Shown here: one piece after another, positions 61,333 through 64,000 of the stretch
Numbering within the stretch: the stretch's first letter is position 1
Layout of the letters: each line of letters starts with the position of its first letter
Assembly (NCBI GenBank): GCA_964252035.1
Contig: OZ176209.1
Source of the DNA: Podarcis erhardii
Lineage: Eukaryota
Direction: 5' to 3' (one strand)
DNA length: 64,000 nt
The notes under the pieces: generated by a model
What the model was told of the DNA's origin: nothing
Database searches by the model: none
The model's input: only the letters and a program-made list of their open reading frames with translations
Translations under genes and position numbers: made by a program

Positions 61333-63901
61333 GTAGGCATCATTTGGTTACTCATACATTTTATAATAAAATGTTCTTCCACATGTATGGCCACCCGTTT
61401 TCAAAGTGCACATTAGTTCTCTTGTATCTTTTGGCCTTCCTGGACAGCAGTTTACTTGCACAGGATAATGGTGGGATGGTGCCTAGCATAAGTTTCTGTC
61501 CTTTTCCAGCATTGTTTTCTCCATCCCCATCTGGAAGCAACATGACATTTAAACTCAGGCAAACAAAACACACAGGCTATTCCCTTGTTATTTTTAAAAC
61601 TTATATTCAAAAAATCAAGAAAATATAGCCCCAGCCAAGATCCCTTAGCAGTAAAATCCTGCACATGTCTATGCAAAAGTAAGTCCCATTGTTTTCCACT
61701 GTTGTGTGCATAAGCTTGCGCCCAAAAAGTACAAAGTTAGCACTTGATCCACTAATGGTAGTAAAATGTAATATTGTCTCCCACTAGGTTGTTTGTACCC
61801 ATTGAGTAGTTTACACAGTAGGTCTTGGGCAGTCACTGCATGCTTTTTCTGAAGAGAGGACAGTCTGGTTGGTTTTTGTAAAATCTGAAAGTACCCTTGT
61901 GGAAGGGTTCTAAATGTAATAGCTCTCCCCTAAATTTCTATCAGGAGCACAGGGACTGCCTTAAAGTGGCAAAGCACCCTTCCCCCTCCTGCAAATGTGG
62001 GGAAGCTGCTCTACTTCTGCTGTAAGCAGGTGGGTGGCAGTGTTTCCCAGCTGCATGCCACCCCCTGGCTGTTTAAAGGAAAAGGAAGGGGCTTTAATGT
62101 CTGATGAGTAGAGTTTAAATTCTGCTGCCTATGCGGCATGATCTTGTTCCCAGCTGGAAACAGGGAGGCACAGCCAACATGGGATTAAACCCTATTCTCC
62201 CACCCATCAGCCAAAGTTACCAGTGACATTGGCTGATGGGTAAGTGGTTGTGGCTTGGAGGAAATGGCCTGGTGAGCCAAGATTGTCTTGAAGGCTGGAA
62301 ATTCCCCACCTCTGCTGTAAATACATGTCATATTCACTTAAGAGAGTTCAAATTCCAGCACAACTTTCAGTGGACCAGAGCGGAGTTTGAAATGAACATT
62401 AAAAACTATGAAGTCCACAGAACTTTATAGAGCTTCTTCTTTTAACATAAGCATTCTTTCCAGTTCTAATTCATTCTGAAAACTAATCTTGTGCTATCAA
62501 CCATCAACAGCCTATGGCAATCTTTTTAATTCTCATTCATAGGAAACCGAACCCCTGCTTTTTAGTATCACTGCAATCTATTCTGAAACTAAGAACAAGG
62601 AAGTAAAATTAAGACGTATTATTGGTTTTACCCAAAGTAGTGTAAAATTAAATGAGTATTAAACCTCACTGAGTCTAAAGATCTTTACATAATTATTGCT
62701 CATTAAGGCATAATCATTAATTTGATTGTGGTCCTTTATGTAGAAATAACAGTTTTAAAAATGCTCCAACAATTTGAGATAAGAGGATTTAATAGTTTTG
62801 ATTCTCTTCTAAAACACAAGCCCATAGATTCAAATAACCAGTTTTCAGTATACATTATTAAAATAGATTGCTAAATTAATATTTCAATGAGCTCTCTTGA
62901 GCGTTCATAGTTGCCTGAAAATATACTTTTTCAGAGTAAATTTGTCACAGGGAAAAACAGATTAAGGATGGCACATGAGCATGGCAGATTAACCATCATC
63001 CAAATTCAGAAGATAATTTATTCTAATTCTTAAGTATGTGATTAAAGATGAAACATATATGACCAAATCCCACAGCACCAGTTCACAAACAGGGTTTTGG
63101 ATTGTGGTGACAGTATTGCATCTGAAGTTCTTAGCTTAAACTAAACAAACTCATCCTGGTGGTTTTTATGTGAAATAACATTTGGAAAAATTGAATGCAA
63201 TGAAGGTATAAATATCATTTTGCTATACCAAGTGTTAATGTATCTGGACAGTACCCTTCATTTTGCTTGGCTCATTTAACTACTTCACATCCTTGTTTCA
63301 CTGAGCAATGAGCCTTTGCTGGATTCTGGTTGCCCTTCTGATTGCAGAGGAAGTCTGGATCCAAACCATTATAATGTTCTTGTTCTCTGCGTGGCTAGCG
63401 GTAGAATAACGACCACGATCTATTGTCAGAATCACTAGTACAGGTATATCCAAAGCCCTACTGGCCACGGGACAGCAGGACACAGTGGTGGGCATGCTTT
63501 TACTCTCCCTCTCTTGTTGAAGATTGGCATATGTATTTTTCCTCCCACTAGAAACAATTGGGGGAAAATATATTTATGCCAATTCTGTTTTGGGGAGGGA
63601 GGGGTGTTGGGAGAATGGGAAGGTTATGTAGGCTTCGGGTCTATGTTGTCTTCCTATCTGCCCCTGATACACATTTTTTTACCTCTGCTGACAAAGGAAA
63701 GGCTGCCCAAGTGTATTATTTATTGAGCTGTTATTAATGAGGCTTACTTGGGGAAACCAGGCTGCTATGGTTGCTATGGAACGTTACCCCCATCTCCCAC
63801 TGCCCCAGATGTTCATACTCTCACTTTGCAGCTGAATGATTGAAGGGCTGTATGATGTTAATTAAATCCACTGAGTTGCCATTTCTTTTTCTTTCATTTA
63901 G

Positions 63902-64000
63902 AATATTATTGCTGAACACGAGATTCGTAACATTTCTTGTGCTGCACAAGACCCTGAAGACCTCTCTACATTTGCTTATATCACAAAAGACTTGAAGACA
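63902..64000 (+). CDS. ANKS1B: ANKS1B coding exon, PTB, runs off the window: [33 protein letters not shown]...
   Basis: Polypyrimidine tract plus TAG at 63899-63901; translation continues the PTB domain. Confidence 0.95.

Noticed and set aside
62101-62165. CTGATGA followed later by GAAA as a further hammerhead
   Set aside because: No helix II or III pairing and no cleavage triplet with a matching helix I.

Overview
Eukaryotic (vertebrate) genomic DNA, AT-rich and mostly intronic. The repeat content (Sauria SINE, BovB, L2, CR1, Penelope-like elements, Tigger-like MITEs) points to a squamate reptile, probably a lacertid lizard (inference). The host gene is ANKS1B (AIDA-1) on the + strand. Seven coding exons were read by hand (37627-37734, 41778-41957, 50381-50452, 55285-55413, 58120-58191, 61246-61332, 63902-end); they encode the end of SAM2, the linker and most of the PTB domain. 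A CpG-rich stretch at the window start looks like an internal promoter/first exon. The long intron holds a 5'-truncated BovB, a 1.9-kb Chapaev3-type DNA transposon with TIRs and a TTA duplication, a decayed intronless FOXH1 copy, Gypsy, hAT, CR1, L1 and L2 relics, and several MITEs. The most unusual material is two families of Penelope-like elements carrying minimal hammerhead-ribozyme motifs in both orientations: a 144-bp hairpin nested in a MITE, a 101-bp solo ribozyme-motif insertion with a 12-bp TSD, a stuttered copy, and a near-perfect 684-bp-arm palindrome. No prokaryotic-type system (CRISPR, operon) is present. All family calls are from recalled motifs, not database searches, and no ribozyme activity is shown.
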